Of a stretch of DNA of 64,000 nucleotides, positions 63,946 to 64,000 are shown one piece after another. Position numbers and translations under genes: made by a program. The notes under the pieces were generated by a model, which made no database searches, was not told where the DNA came from, and saw only the letters and a program-made list of their open reading frames with translations. Origin of the DNA: Oscillospiraceae bacterium (GTDB lineage: Bacteria > Bacillota > Clostridia > Oscillospirales > Oscillospiraceae); the NCBI GenBank assembly GCA_904501855.1, contig CAJGCI010000002.1:1182-65181 (forward strand), in the 5' to 3' direction. Position 1 is the first letter of the stretch; the number at the start of each line of letters is the position of its first letter.

Positions 63946-64000
63946 GATAGTTTTTCCTTTCTGTTTATATCTACCCTGCTTCTAAGCAAGAGGTGGAAAG

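Noticed and set aside
1-64000. Looked for CRISPR arrays, IS elements, integrases, phage genes, toxin-antitoxin pairs and known defence-system signatures
   Set aside because: I saw no direct-repeat/spacer arrays, no transposase, recombinase or nuclease-helicase-type ORFs, and no small paired ORFs of TA type. The only accessory-looking region is the enzyme operon at 6348-18438.

Overview
This 64 kb window looks like chromosome from a Gram-positive anaerobe (Clostridia-like gene content, mid-50s %GC by eye). Coding density is high, and there are no transposase, integrase, phage or CRISPR signatures. Most of it is core metabolism and information processing. Recognisable blocks are: a partial spoVK-like AAA+ gene; a CoA salvage block (coaX, a panT-like ECF S component, coaBC); a NiaR regulon (pncB-niaR plus an orphan EIIC-like permease, each preceded by a related palindrome); a complete his operon led by a yerC/TrpR-like gene; a nine-gene pur operon followed by lysA; efp, an M24 peptidase and a two-component system; a D-Ala-D-Ala carboxypeptidase; typA; cysK and mnmA; an ECF sigma/anti-sigma pair; tRNA-Leu(UAA); recJ, relA and an MBL hydrolase; and pnp and rpsO. 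The exception is the minus-strand region 6348-18438. It holds an eight-gene, translationally coupled operon: kinase, GNAT-like protein, PP-loop amidotransferase, half-size UbiA-like membrane protein, rifampicin-phosphotransferase-like PEP-utilising enzyme, BtaA/DUF3419-like protein, and two carrier-less adenylating enzymes. Just upstream sits a separately transcribed HprK/PEPCK-like P-loop gene. I cannot match this combination to any characterised pathway, so it is the best candidate for an undescribed biosynthetic or cell-envelope modification system. All family assignments come from reading motifs in the supplied translations; no database search was run.
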